Source: Candidatus Latescibacterota bacterium (GTDB taxonomy: Bacteria > Latescibacterota > UBA2968). From it: a DNA stretch of 64,000 nt. Position 1 is the first letter of the stretch. Every line of letters starts with the position of its first letter. The stretch is taken from assembly GCA_965116885.1 (NCBI GenBank), contig OZ220741.1, positions 1,888,001-1,952,000 of the forward strand. The letters run 5' to 3'. The notes beneath the pieces are model-generated. The model ran no database searches, was not told the DNA's origin, and worked only from the letters and a program-made list of their open reading frames with translations. A program made the position numbers and the translations under genes. This document shows, in pieces, positions 29,582-38,542 of the stretch.

Positions 29582-30541
29582 ATGAGAAGAATCTCTTATG
29601 CACAGGCCGGGATGGAAGCCCTTGTTGAGGAAATGAGGCGCGATCCTACGACGTTTCATCTTTCAACCGATGCGCCGGATGCGCTCGTCGAAGAGTTTGG
29701 GTCTGAGCGCGTGCGCGCTACGCCCATTGCCGAGGGCGCGCTTACAGGTATTGCTGTCGGCGCTGCCGGGTCTGGCTTCCGTCCGATTATTAACTGGAGT
29801 ATGGTTACGTTTTCTTTTGTGGCGATGGACCAGATTGTGAATCAGGCAGCTAAAATTCACTATATGTTCGGGGGGCAGGTGAAATTTCCGATTACTTTCC
29901 GCACGTCGGTCGGTGGCGGCAGGCGGGTTGCGGCGCAGCACTCGCAGAGTCCGTATTCAATGTTTATGAATCTGGCGGGGTTGAAGATGATTTTGCCTTC
30001 GACGCCTTATGATATGAAGGGGCTTCTTAAGACGGTTATTCGGGATGATAATCCGATTATTTCTTTTGAGTCCAATCGCCTCATGGGTTTTGCAGGTGAA
30101 GTCCCAGAAGAGCCTTATACCGTGCCTCTGGGCAAGGCGGATGTCAAGCGCGAGGGTTCGGATGTCACGATTGTCGCGCTGGCATGGTTGGTTCACGAAG
30201 CGCTGGCGGCTGCGGAGGTGCTGGATAAGGAGGGGGTTTCCGTTGAGGTGCTGGATCCGCGCACACTGGTTCCGCTCGATTGCGATGCTATTCGCGCGTC
30301 TGTGCAAAAGACCGGGCGGCTGGTTATTGCGGATGAGGCGGGTCCCACGGCGGGTGCCTCAGCCGAGATTGCCGCTGTTGCGACCGAAGATGCGGATACT
30401 TTTGCAAAGATGAAAGCACCCGTCAAACGCGTCTGCGCCCTCCATGTGCCCATTCCGTACACGCCCCAGTTGGAAGATCACGTTTTTCCAGATCGGGATA
30501 ATATTATTGCAGGTGTTAGAGACGTGATGAATGCCGGTTAG
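29582..30541 (+). CDS. 2-oxoacid/acetoin dehydrogenase E1 beta
   Basis: TPIAE, DQIVNQAAK, AAQHSQ, EVLDPRTLVPLD, KTGRLV. Confidence 0.93.
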   Translation: MRRISYAQAGMEALVEEMRRDPTTFHLSTDAPDALVEEFGSERVRATPIAEGALTGIAVGAAGSGFRPIINWSMVTFSFVAMDQIVNQAAKIHYMFGGQVKFPITFRTSVGGGRRVAAQHSQSPYSMFMNLAGLKMILPSTPYDMKGLLKTVIRDDNPIISFESNRLMGFAGEVPEEPYTVPLGKADVKREGSDVTIVALAWLVHEALAAAEVLDKEGVSVEVLDPRTLVPLDCDAIRASVQKTGRLVIADEAGPTAGASAEIAAVATEDADTFAKMKAPVKRVCALHVPIPYTPQLEDHVFPDRDNIIAGVRDVMNAG

Positions 30542-30570
30542 GAAAGCGGGGTAACATATTTAGACAAAAT

Positions 30571-30600
30571 AAAAACCACGTCCTTCAGGCGTGGTTTTTT
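30571..30600. terminator. Hairpin with flanking A/T runs (terminator; resembles an IS605 end hairpin)
   Basis: AAAAACCACG-TCCTTCAGG-CGTGGTTTTT. Confidence 0.6.
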
Positions 30601-30628
30601 GTTCTGTTTTCCCAGGAGGTGTAGTTTG

Positions 30629-31633
30629 GTGCCAAATCCAAAATTTTCAGTGATTATTCCGACATATAATCGCGCAAATTATATAGCGGAGGCTGTTGAG
30701 AGCGTTTTGCAACAGACGTATCAGAGGTTTGAACTCATTGTGGTAAATGATGGTTCTACGGATGATACGGCAGAGGTGATCGGGCGGTTTGGAGATCGGA
30801 TCCGCTATATGGAAAAGGCGAATGGCGGGAAGGCGTCTGCTGTGAATCTGGGGCTTAAATATGTGACGGGTGATTATGTTTGGATTTTGGACGATGATGA
30901 TATCGGGTTGCCGAATAAGCTCGAGTTGCACGCGGCGCAATTTGCAGAAGATCCGGATTTGAAATTTGTCTATACGGGTTATGAATTCATAGAGGGGGAG
31001 AGAAGCGATGTGCCCGTTCGATCTTTTGAAGCGAGAATGCCGCCCTTATGCGACATGGTGATGTATTTGTTCGGGCGGTTTGAATTGTGCAGTCCCACTG
31101 TGGTTGCCCATCGGATGTGTTATGACAGGGTCGGCTGTTTTGATGAGCGTTTGATTCGCGGACAAGATTACGATATGTGGATTCGCATGATACGCGCTGG
31201 GTTTAAAATTGGGATTATCGTACAACCCACGCTCCGGTGTCGTATGCACGAGGGCGATCGGGGTTCGGCGTCTGATCGCTTTTCCGCCAGCGATATTGCC
31301 AAAAAGAACCGGGAGTATCTGGGGCTTATTGTGCAGAAGTTGTATTGGGAGTTGCCTTTGGAGGCTTTTTACAGTCGTTTGGCTCAAGATCCAAATGACC
31401 CGGTTTTGATTCTGAAGGCGCTGTTGCGGCGTTTGTGGGTGATGCCCCTGCCTGCGCTACAGGACGAGGTGTTGCGCGATCTGGATATGCTGGAAAGACA
31501 TGTCGAGCAGCATCGCTTGTCGTTTGATGACTCTGCCCACCGTTTTTTGATAAGTCTGAAGGATACAACAGGACAAACTACGCCCCGTGTTGCCAAAAAG
31601 GTTGAAAAAATTCTGAACATGACACATGATTAA
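30629..31633 (+). CDS. Glycosyltransferase family 2
   Basis: SVIIPTYNR, VVNDGSTD, ILDDDD, QDYDMW; AGGAGG RBS. Confidence 0.92.
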   Translation: MPNPKFSVIIPTYNRANYIAEAVESVLQQTYQRFELIVVNDGSTDDTAEVIGRFGDRIRYMEKANGGKASAVNLGLKYVTGDYVWILDDDDIGLPNKLELHAAQFAEDPDLKFVYTGYEFIEGERSDVPVRSFEARMPPLCDMVMYLFGRFELCSPTVVAHRMCYDRVGCFDERLIRGQDYDMWIRMIRAGFKIGIIVQPTLRCRMHEGDRGSASDRFSASDIAKKNREYLGLIVQKLYWELPLEAFYSRLAQDPNDPVLILKALLRRLWVMPLPALQDEVLRDLDMLERHVEQHRLSFDDSAHRFLISLKDTTGQTTPRVAKKVEKILNMTHD

Positions 31634-31643
31634 CCATCGAGTT

Positions 31644-31705
31644 GTAGGGGACGGCCCCCGTGCCGTCCCGTGTGTCATCGCGGCATGTTTTTAGCCGCGA
31701 TCCAG
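31644..31705 (+). repeat. GTAG-type REP plus second palindrome
   Basis: Near-identical to 8516-8573. Confidence 0.8.
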
Positions 31706-31812
31706 TGTTTTGCTTTTGATTTTTATCCTGTTCATCCTTTAATCTTGCACATCCTGATGAACTGGTCTGGAAAACGACCAGTTGTACATCGCTCCTGACG
31801 GTGGTTGCATTT

Positions 31813-34800
31813 ATGTTTAAAATCGGCACAATTCTCGACAAAAGATATCAAATCCAGGCGCATCTGGGAGCCGGGGGCATGGGGGAAGTTTATCGGGTTC
31901 TGGACCTGGAGCAAGGCCAGAACTGCGCGCTCAAGATTTTGAATGCCATGGTAGATCAGAAGGCGGTACATCGCCGTTTTCACAGGGAATTTCAGGTGTT
32001 GAACAGATTTCAGCACCCGCGCCTGGTACGCACCTTTGCCTGGGGTTTTGCCGAAGAGCGTCCCTATTTTACAATGGAATATTTGCCCGGGAAGACGTTG
32101 GAAAAAATCATTGTCGATCATGCATTGTTGGGACAATTCCGAACTTCGTACTTTTTTGTTCTGATGCAACAAATTGTCGAGGGATTGGCATATATCCACG
32201 CGCAGGGTGCGGTGCATCGCGATCTCAAGCCATCCAATATTATGGTTTTGGAAACCGAAGAGGGGATTGAGACCACGATTCTGGATCTGGGGTTGGCTAA
32301 ATTCAGGCATTTGCATAGCGTGTCTATTACACAGACGGGCGCGACGCTTGGCACCGCAGAGTATATGTCGCCAGAACAGGGTAAAGGGTTGTGGGTGGAT
32401 CATCGGTCAGATTTGTACTCATTGGGCGTGATTTTATACGAGATGTTCCTGGGCGCGCCGCCCTTTTCTGGGCAGAATCCAGTATCTGTTATTATGAAGC
32501 ATATTCGAGAGTCACCGCCACCAATGGTTGAAGCCCCTGCCCAGACGCAACAAATTGTGTTGAAGTTGCTGGCAAAGGAGCCTGTTGATCGCTACCAGTC
32601 GGCAGAGGAGGTGGTGCAGGCGTTAAATGGTGTGGCATCATCGAGTTTTGTGCTATCGGATGACGAGCAGCGCGATGTGCCTCTGAAAGTGATGCGGCCG
32701 CAATTTGTCGGGCGCGAGTCCGAGATGAAGACGTTGCGCGCGATGTTGCGGGATGTACAGGCTGGCGAGCAGCGCGTGGTTCTGATCTCCGGTGAGGCGG
32801 GGGTGGGTAAATCGAGAGTGGTCGAAGAACTGCTGGGCGATGCTTTGATCCACGATTTTCTGTGTTTGAAAGGTGCAGGGCGGGAAGAGGGTGGACAAAT
32901 ATACGGTGCGTTGATTGATGCTTTTCGAGGGACGACGGATTTGGTGGCAGAATTGCCCGATTCATTAGAGACGGACAAGTTTTCTGTTATGGAGCGCTGG
33001 TTGCAGTTATTAAAGCGTCTGCGACAGAAACAGCCCATTGTGTTGTGTTTGGAAGATATTCAATGGCTTGATGAATTGTCATTGGAATTTTTGCAGTATG
33101 TGTTGCGCGATCCAGAACCGTGTCCTCTTTTGTTATGCCTGACCTGTCAAGGGTCTAACAGAGAATCCATTCCAAAGGAAATTGAGAATTTTATACACGG
33201 CAATGAATTTTCTGAAGCGATCCGGATTCAGTTGAAGAATCTACCGCGAGAAGAAGTGGGGTATTTAGCGGCGTCGATGTTTGGGGAGCGATCTATACCG
33301 CCGGATGCATTGCAACCCCTGTTCAGAGAAACGGGTGGGCAACCCCTGTTTGTCGTAGAGGCTGTGAGGACGTTGGTGCATGCCGATGTGGTTCGGCAAA
33401 ATGTGTACGGCGATTGGGAGTGGGGAGAATTTCCAGAAACTTTGTTGTCCGATGATATTTCAGAGGTTTTGAACAGGCGCATAACTGCTCTGTCGGCAGT
33501 GCAACGTCAGGTAATGGAATACGCATGTGTTTTTCTCAATGATTTTTCTTTTGAGTTATTGGCTGCTATCTGGCTCGGTGATGAGCTGGAGTTGGTGGAT
33601 GTGCTTGATAGCCTGATTGCAGAAGGGCTGTTAATTACTTATGGCGATGAAGAGCGGTATCGTTTTTCACAGGGTTTGTATCGGCGGGCAACTTACGACC
33701 GCATGCAAGATGTGCGGCGGCGGTTGTTGCATCGAGAAATTGGCAATGCTTTGGACAAGATGGAGGATGCAGAAGAATTGACAGAAGAATTGGCGGATCA
33801 TTTTGCCGCGGCGGGAGAACAAGATAAGGCTGTGAAATATATGCGTCTATCGGGCAAAAAAGCATTGAAAAAACACGCTTATCTCCGGGCATTGAGAAGG
33901 TTCGAGGCTGTGCAGCAGGCGGATGACGCTTTTGAATCGCATGCAGATGAGATCGACTTTTTGTGCGATTATGCAGATGTGCTGCGCTATTGTGGCCAGT
34001 ACAATAGGGCACTGGAATTTTTAGACGAGGCAAAGGCGTTATTGCCCGATGATCGGAATGATTTGAAGGCGCGTATTCTGAATCGTGAAGGTGGTATTCA
34101 CAGCGTACTTCAACACAGGGAAATTGCCGAAGAATATATGCTGAAGGCATTGCAACTTTATCGTGAACTCGGTGATTTCGACGGAGAAATCCAGGCTTTG
34201 GGAGGTTTGGCTTATTTGTGTGATGTATCTGGACGGCACGAAGAAGCGATTGTGTATATGCGTCGGGAAATAGAAAAACGTCATATGCTGGGAGATCCGC
34301 CAAAGGACGTTTTTATACAAGGTCGAGAAGGTCAGGCCGCATTGATGGGATTTCGATTTGAGACAGCTAAAGCACACCTGAAAGCGGCTGTAAAAACATC
34401 TCAGCAACTTGGACTTGAACACTATCGTATTGGGGCACTTAATTTACTTCAAAGAGTTTATTTTTATCTGGGTGATCTCCACCGTTCAGAAGCTGTTTGC
34501 AAGGAAGTCATTGGGGAATGGCAGAAGCGAGGGTTTATACACTGGGAGGCAGCGAATTTTTTATGGCTGGGAGAATTGGCACTGGAACGCGGTGATTTTG
34601 CCGGGGCATTGGAATATGCCGAGACCTCAATAGAGCGATTTTTGCAAACACCGCGAAAAGATTATATTTATCGCGCTTACGCTATTGCGGCAACGGCTGC
34701 TGCGAAAATGGGAGATACAGAAATAGCACTCGAATGGGCAGAAAAAGCCAGCGAAGGTACGCAACAAACATCGGGGATGTACACGGGTATATTGCCTTTG

Positions 34801-36573
34801 GTACATTGTGGTATTGGTGTTGCTTTGGCTCAAGCAGGGCGGATAACCGAGGCTGAAGAGGCTTTTGAGCAGGCGATTGAATGCCGGAGAGAATCCAAAG
34901 GTGACCATTGGGCGCGTGCATTGCTTATGGCAGGGGAGTTTTATCTCCAGCGCGATGATGTACCAAAAGCGCAAGCACATCTCAAAGCGGCAAAACAGGC
35001 GTTTAAAGAGATGGAGATGTCTTACTTTTTGGAGAAAACACAGGTGCTATTAAATCAATTGCGTGAATCTTCTCGCGGTGAGGATGCCGTATCCGGTTCT
35101 GGGATTTTATCTGTTGATCGCTGGCGCTTGCTTTACAATGTGAGCCGGGAGTTGACTACAGAGCGCGATGCCAAAGTATTATTAGATCGGATTTTGGGTA
35201 ATTTGTTAGCTGTTTATGCGGCAGAGCGAGTGCTTGTTGCGATTAAAAATGAGACCCCAAAAGGCTTTATAGTTGATGCTGTGCGCTACTACAATGTAGA
35301 AGCAGATGATGCAGAAGCACTGAGTCAGGGTATTATTCGTAGCGTTATTGAGACAAATGAACCCGTTTTGAGTATGGATGCCCAGACAGATAAAAGGCTC
35401 AATCAATATCAAAGCGTAATAGACTACCACCTCCGGTCTGTATTGTGTGTGCCCGTATTTCATTTTAACGAAGGTGTTATCGGTGCGTTATATGTAGATC
35501 ATCGCGGTATAGGCAACGCATTTTCTGAAGAAGATCAGACGTTTTTACAAGCATTTGCCAATCTGGTGGGAGTAGCGCTGGTCAATGCGAGGATGTATGC
35601 ACGAGTGGAAGAGAAAGCACAATATTTGCAGCAAGAGGTCGAAAAGCGGTACCAGCTTGGCGACATGGTCGGACAAAGTGATGCCATGCAGAGGATCTAC
35701 CAGCTGATAGAAACTGCTGCAAAGAGCGATATTCCCGTGCTTGTGCAGGGCGAAACAGGTACGGGCAAAGAATTGGCTGCGCGTGCCATACACTACAATA
35801 GCACACGCAAAGACCAGCGATTTTTGTCGCAAAATTGTGCCACACTCTCACCAGAGTTGTTGCAGAGTGAGTTGTTTGGGCACAAAAAAGGTGCGTTTAC
35901 TGGCGCGACTGAAGATCATAAGGGGATTTTTGAGGCTGCCAATGGAGGTACGGTTCTTCTCGATGAAATCGCCGATGCCCCACCGCAGTTGCAAAGGAGT
36001 TTGTTGCGAGTGTTGCAAGAAGGAGAGATTAGGCGTGTGGGAGAAACAGAGGATCGCGAAGTGGATGTGCGCATTATTGCAGCGACCAATCGAGACTTAA
36101 AAAAGGAAGTTGGGAAAGGCTCTTTCCGGGAAGATTTGTATTATCGGTTGCAGGGGATTCAGATCGATATGCCGCCTTTGCGAGAACGCATTGAAGATGT
36201 GCCAGTATTGGCCGAACATCTGCTCATTCGCGCAAAAGAAGATGCAAACAAGTCGGTTGGAGGGCTGACAGTGGGTACAATCAGGGTGCTCACAAGTTAT
36301 GACTGGCCGGGCAATGTGCGCGAGTTGAAGAACAAGATTCAACTTGCGGTGGCATTGGCAGAAGAAGAGGGTGATATTACGCCCGATTTGTTTTCAGAAA
36401 CTGTCGAGCAGGAATTTCAGGGCTATTTACAAGACCGCATCCAGGAGTATGAGAAACGGGTGATTCGAGACGCACTCGAGAAATACGAGGGCAATATTAC
36501 GCATACAGCTAAAGAACTGGGAATAACGCGCGTTGGTTTGCATAAAAAGATCAATCGTTTGGGGTTGAGATAG
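31813..36573 (+). CDS. Ser/Thr kinase-AAA ATPase-TPR-GAF-sigma54 activator-HTH fusion
   Basis: GAGGMGEVY, HRDLKPSN, DLG, YMSPE; GEAGVGKS; TPR-like helices; GAF SVLCVP..GALYVD; GETGTGKE, GAFTGA, WPGNVREL; C-terminal Fis-type HTH. Confidence 0.95.
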   Translation: MFKIGTILDKRYQIQAHLGAGGMGEVYRVLDLEQGQNCALKILNAMVDQKAVHRRFHREFQVLNRFQHPRLVRTFAWGFAEERPYFTMEYLPGKTLEKIIVDHALLGQFRTSYFFVLMQQIVEGLAYIHAQGAVHRDLKPSNIMVLETEEGIETTILDLGLAKFRHLHSVSITQTGATLGTAEYMSPEQGKGLWVDHRSDLYSLGVILYEMFLGAPPFSGQNPVSVIMKHIRESPPPMVEAPAQTQQIVLKLLAKEPVDRYQSAEEVVQALNGVASSSFVLSDDEQRDVPLKVMRPQFVGRESEMKTLRAMLRDVQAGEQRVVLISGEAGVGKSRVVEELLGDALIHDFLCLKGAGREEGGQIYGALIDAFRGTTDLVAELPDSLETDKFSVMERWLQLLKRLRQKQPIVLCLEDIQWLDELSLEFLQYVLRDPEPCPLLLCLTCQGSNRESIPKEIENFIHGNEFSEAIRIQLKNLPREEVGYLAASMFGERSIPPDALQPLFRETGGQPLFVVEAVRTLVHADVVRQNVYGDWEWGEFPETLLSDDISEVLNRRITALSAVQRQVMEYACVFLNDFSFELLAAIWLGDELELVDVLDSLIAEGLLITYGDEERYRFSQGLYRRATYDRMQDVRRRLLHREIGNALDKMEDAEELTEELADHFAAAGEQDKAVKYMRLSGKKALKKHAYLRALRRFEAVQQADDAFESHADEIDFLCDYADVLRYCGQYNRALEFLDEAKALLPDDRNDLKARILNREGGIHSVLQHREIAEEYMLKALQLYRELGDFDGEIQALGGLAYLCDVSGRHEEAIVYMRREIEKRHMLGDPPKDVFIQGREGQAALMGFRFETAKAHLKAAVKTSQQLGLEHYRIGALNLLQRVYFYLGDLHRSEAVCKEVIGEWQKRGFIHWEAANFLWLGELALERGDFAGALEYAETSIERFLQTPRKDYIYRAYAIAATAAAKMGDTEIALEWAEKASEGTQQTSGMYTGILPLVHCGIGVALAQAGRITEAEEAFEQAIECRRESKGDHWARALLMAGEFYLQRDDVPKAQAHLKAAKQAFKEMEMSYFLEKTQVLLNQLRESSRGEDAVSGSGILSVDRWRLLYNVSRELTTERDAKVLLDRILGNLLAVYAAERVLVAIKNETPKGFIVDAVRYYNVEADDAEALSQGIIRSVIETNEPVLSMDAQTDKRLNQYQSVIDYHLRSVLCVPVFHFNEGVIGALYVDHRGIGNAFSEEDQTFLQAFANLVGVALVNARMYARVEEKAQYLQQEVEKRYQLGDMVGQSDAMQRIYQLIETAAKSDIPVLVQGETGTGKELAARAIHYNSTRKDQRFLSQNCATLSPELLQSELFGHKKGAFTGATEDHKGIFEAANGGTVLLDEIADAPPQLQRSLLRVLQEGEIRRVGETEDREVDVRIIAATNRDLKKEVGKGSFREDLYYRLQGIQIDMPPLRERIEDVPVLAEHLLIRAKEDANKSVGGLTVGTIRVLTSYDWPGNVRELKNKIQLAVALAEEEGDITPDLFSETVEQEFQGYLQDRIQEYEKRVIRDALEKYEGNITHTAKELGITRVGLHKKINRLGLR

Positions 36574-36585
36574 ACGTTGAATAGG

Positions 36586-36705
36586 TGTAAACCATCATTT
36601 ACAGTGGTGTATATCGACGTTTACACTTGTTTATTTTTATATGAATCAAGTATTTATGTGTAATTTTTGTGAATAAATGATTATAAATGTAAACTTGCGT
36701 TTACA
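36586..36705. promoter_or_regulatory. Three TGT-N12-ACA palindromes (putative enhancer/UAS of the sigma54 activator)
   Basis: TGTAAACCATCATTTACA 36586, TGTATATCGACGTTTACA 36608, TGTAAACTTGCGTTTACA 36688. Confidence 0.75.
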
Positions 36706-36815
36706 TTTGTGCCTGGATGTTGCATTTGCTACACAAATAATTCTTAAATTTTATCTCTTTGTTTCTCAAGCACTTGAGATTTTTCAAGTGCTTTTTTTTA
36801 TACCAAAACGATTTT

Positions 36816-36831
36816 AGGCACGGTTCTTGCA
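36816..36831 (+). promoter_or_regulatory. sigma54 -24/-12 promoter
   Basis: AGGCACGGTTCTTGCA versus consensus TGGCACG-N4-TTGCW. Confidence 0.88.
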
Positions 36832-36885
36832 ATATACAGGCGGATAGTGACCGTATTTTAGATTTTTGCATTGGAGGAGGGTAAA

Positions 36886-37068
36886 ATGGCGATTCGACGT
36901 AAGTTGACTCTGATCAATGGAACGATGGACAAAGAAGGTGGTATTCATACATATCAGGCGACGGACAGTTTTAAAATGGGCGGCTGTGAACCTGGCTGGA
37001 TAGCTGTTCCTCCCCTGCCCTTTCCCGATGACGATGATGATTGGGACGATTTTGATCGCACCGAGTAA
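36886..37068 (+). CDS. Putative RiPP precursor peptide (60 aa, single Cys, poly-Asp tail)
   Basis: GGAGGAGG RBS; first gene after the sigma54 promoter, directly upstream of the RRE-rSAM; MAIRRKLTLINGT..MGGCEPGW..DDDDDWDDFDRTE. Confidence 0.8.
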   Translation: MAIRRKLTLINGTMDKEGGIHTYQATDSFKMGGCEPGWIAVPPLPFPDDDDDWDDFDRTE

Positions 37069-37087
37069 TCTGTCTCTGTTCTGAGGA

Positions 37088-38539
37088 GTGTCTGGCATGA
37101 TGTGCATTCAGAAATGCGATATGCATCTTTTTCAAACTGAAGAACAAAAACAGCCGATTGTCTATCAAGTTGAGACGGGTCTGTTTTTTGAACTGGACAC
37201 CCTTTTCCAGGCGATTTTAGAGTGTTGTGAGGGTTTGTCTGTTGACCAGGTTGTTCAGGTGCTGGCCGATCAATACGAGGCAGAGGAAATTGCCGAGGCT
37301 ATTGAGGAATTGGCGCAGGTGGGTTTGATTTCGGATGGTGCATTGCCTGTGGTATCCAATGTGCCGACGACAGAAGGGGTGGCAGCCTGTGGGGTTTCGC
37401 AGACAGATCGTTTGCAGGTGTCCTTGCACGTTTCGCATACATGCAATATTCAGTGTGCTTATTGCTTTGCCCATGGCGGGGATTACGGCGGTAAGGCGAT
37501 GCTGATGCAACCGGACGTTGCCGAGCAAGCCATACGATGGATTGTCACCGAGGCTCAGGTGTTCGGACGGTGCCAGATTGATTTTTTTGGCGGGGAGCCG
37601 CTTTTGAACTTTCCATTGATGCAGGAGCTTGTCCCATTTGCCAAATCCCTGGGCGCGCGATTGGGTGTACAGGTTGGTTTTGGCATTGTGACCAATGGCA
37701 CGTTGTTGACCGACGAGATGAAGCAGTTTTTGGTCGATGAAAAGTTTCAGATTAAGGTCAGCCTGGATGGGGGGCGTAAGACACAGGATCGCATTCGCAA
37801 GTTTCACAATGGTTCTGGGACTTATGATGTTGTGGCAAAGAATGTGGAGAAACTGACTGCTGAGGCACCTGAGCGCGTGTATTTGCAGGCTGTTATGACA
37901 GCGTATGATATGGATGAGGATCAGATTGCCGATGCGTTGCGTTCATTGGGTACTGATAACGCGCTTGTTGGTCCGGCTGTCGTTTCACCGGATGCGCCCT
38001 ATGCGATTCGGGAAGAACACATACCCGTTTTGAAGCAACAAATTTACAAGCGAAGCCGACGTGCGCTCAAAGCCATTCTGAATGGTGAAGAGAGTGAAGA
38101 GTTTGATCCGAGAATTCAAAAACTTTTGACGCGTGAAAAATCTTGTCATGGATGCTTGGGTGGTAAGCAGTATCTGGCTGTTGCGGCAGATGGGTCGATT
38201 TATTTTTGTTCGAGTTTGGCCGATGCGCCCGAGTTTAAGATGGGTGATGTGTTTGCGGGTATTGATCGCGAAAAGCAGCAGCATTTTGACGCGCAGTTCA
38301 ATGTGAATAATCGGCCTGAGTGCAAGACGTGCTGGGCGCGCAACTTGTGTGGTGGTGGATGTCTTTGGGATGCGCGGACGACGACGGGTGATCCGATGTC
38401 TCCCAACCCTGTTGCTTGTGAACAGACGCGCTATCGCTATGAACTGGCGATGGAGATGTGTATGGAGATTGCAGAAACGGATGCGTCTTTGTTACAGCGA
38501 CGATATGATCTGGAAATGGCATCTGAATCGGAGAAGTAA
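37088..38539 (+). CDS. Radical SAM/SPASM peptide maturase with N-terminal RRE (PqqD-like) domain
   Basis: N-terminal 3-strand/3-helix pattern, CNIQCAYC, FFGGEPLL, SPASM cysteines CHGC..C..CKTC..CGGGC..C. Confidence 0.92.
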   Translation: MSGMMCIQKCDMHLFQTEEQKQPIVYQVETGLFFELDTLFQAILECCEGLSVDQVVQVLADQYEAEEIAEAIEELAQVGLISDGALPVVSNVPTTEGVAACGVSQTDRLQVSLHVSHTCNIQCAYCFAHGGDYGGKAMLMQPDVAEQAIRWIVTEAQVFGRCQIDFFGGEPLLNFPLMQELVPFAKSLGARLGVQVGFGIVTNGTLLTDEMKQFLVDEKFQIKVSLDGGRKTQDRIRKFHNGSGTYDVVAKNVEKLTAEAPERVYLQAVMTAYDMDEDQIADALRSLGTDNALVGPAVVSPDAPYAIREEHIPVLKQQIYKRSRRALKAILNGEESEEFDPRIQKLLTREKSCHGCLGGKQYLAVAADGSIYFCSSLADAPEFKMGDVFAGIDREKQQHFDAQFNVNNRPECKTCWARNLCGGGCLWDARTTTGDPMSPNPVACEQTRYRYELAMEMCMEIAETDASLLQRRYDLEMASESEK

Positions 38540-38542
38540 GGC

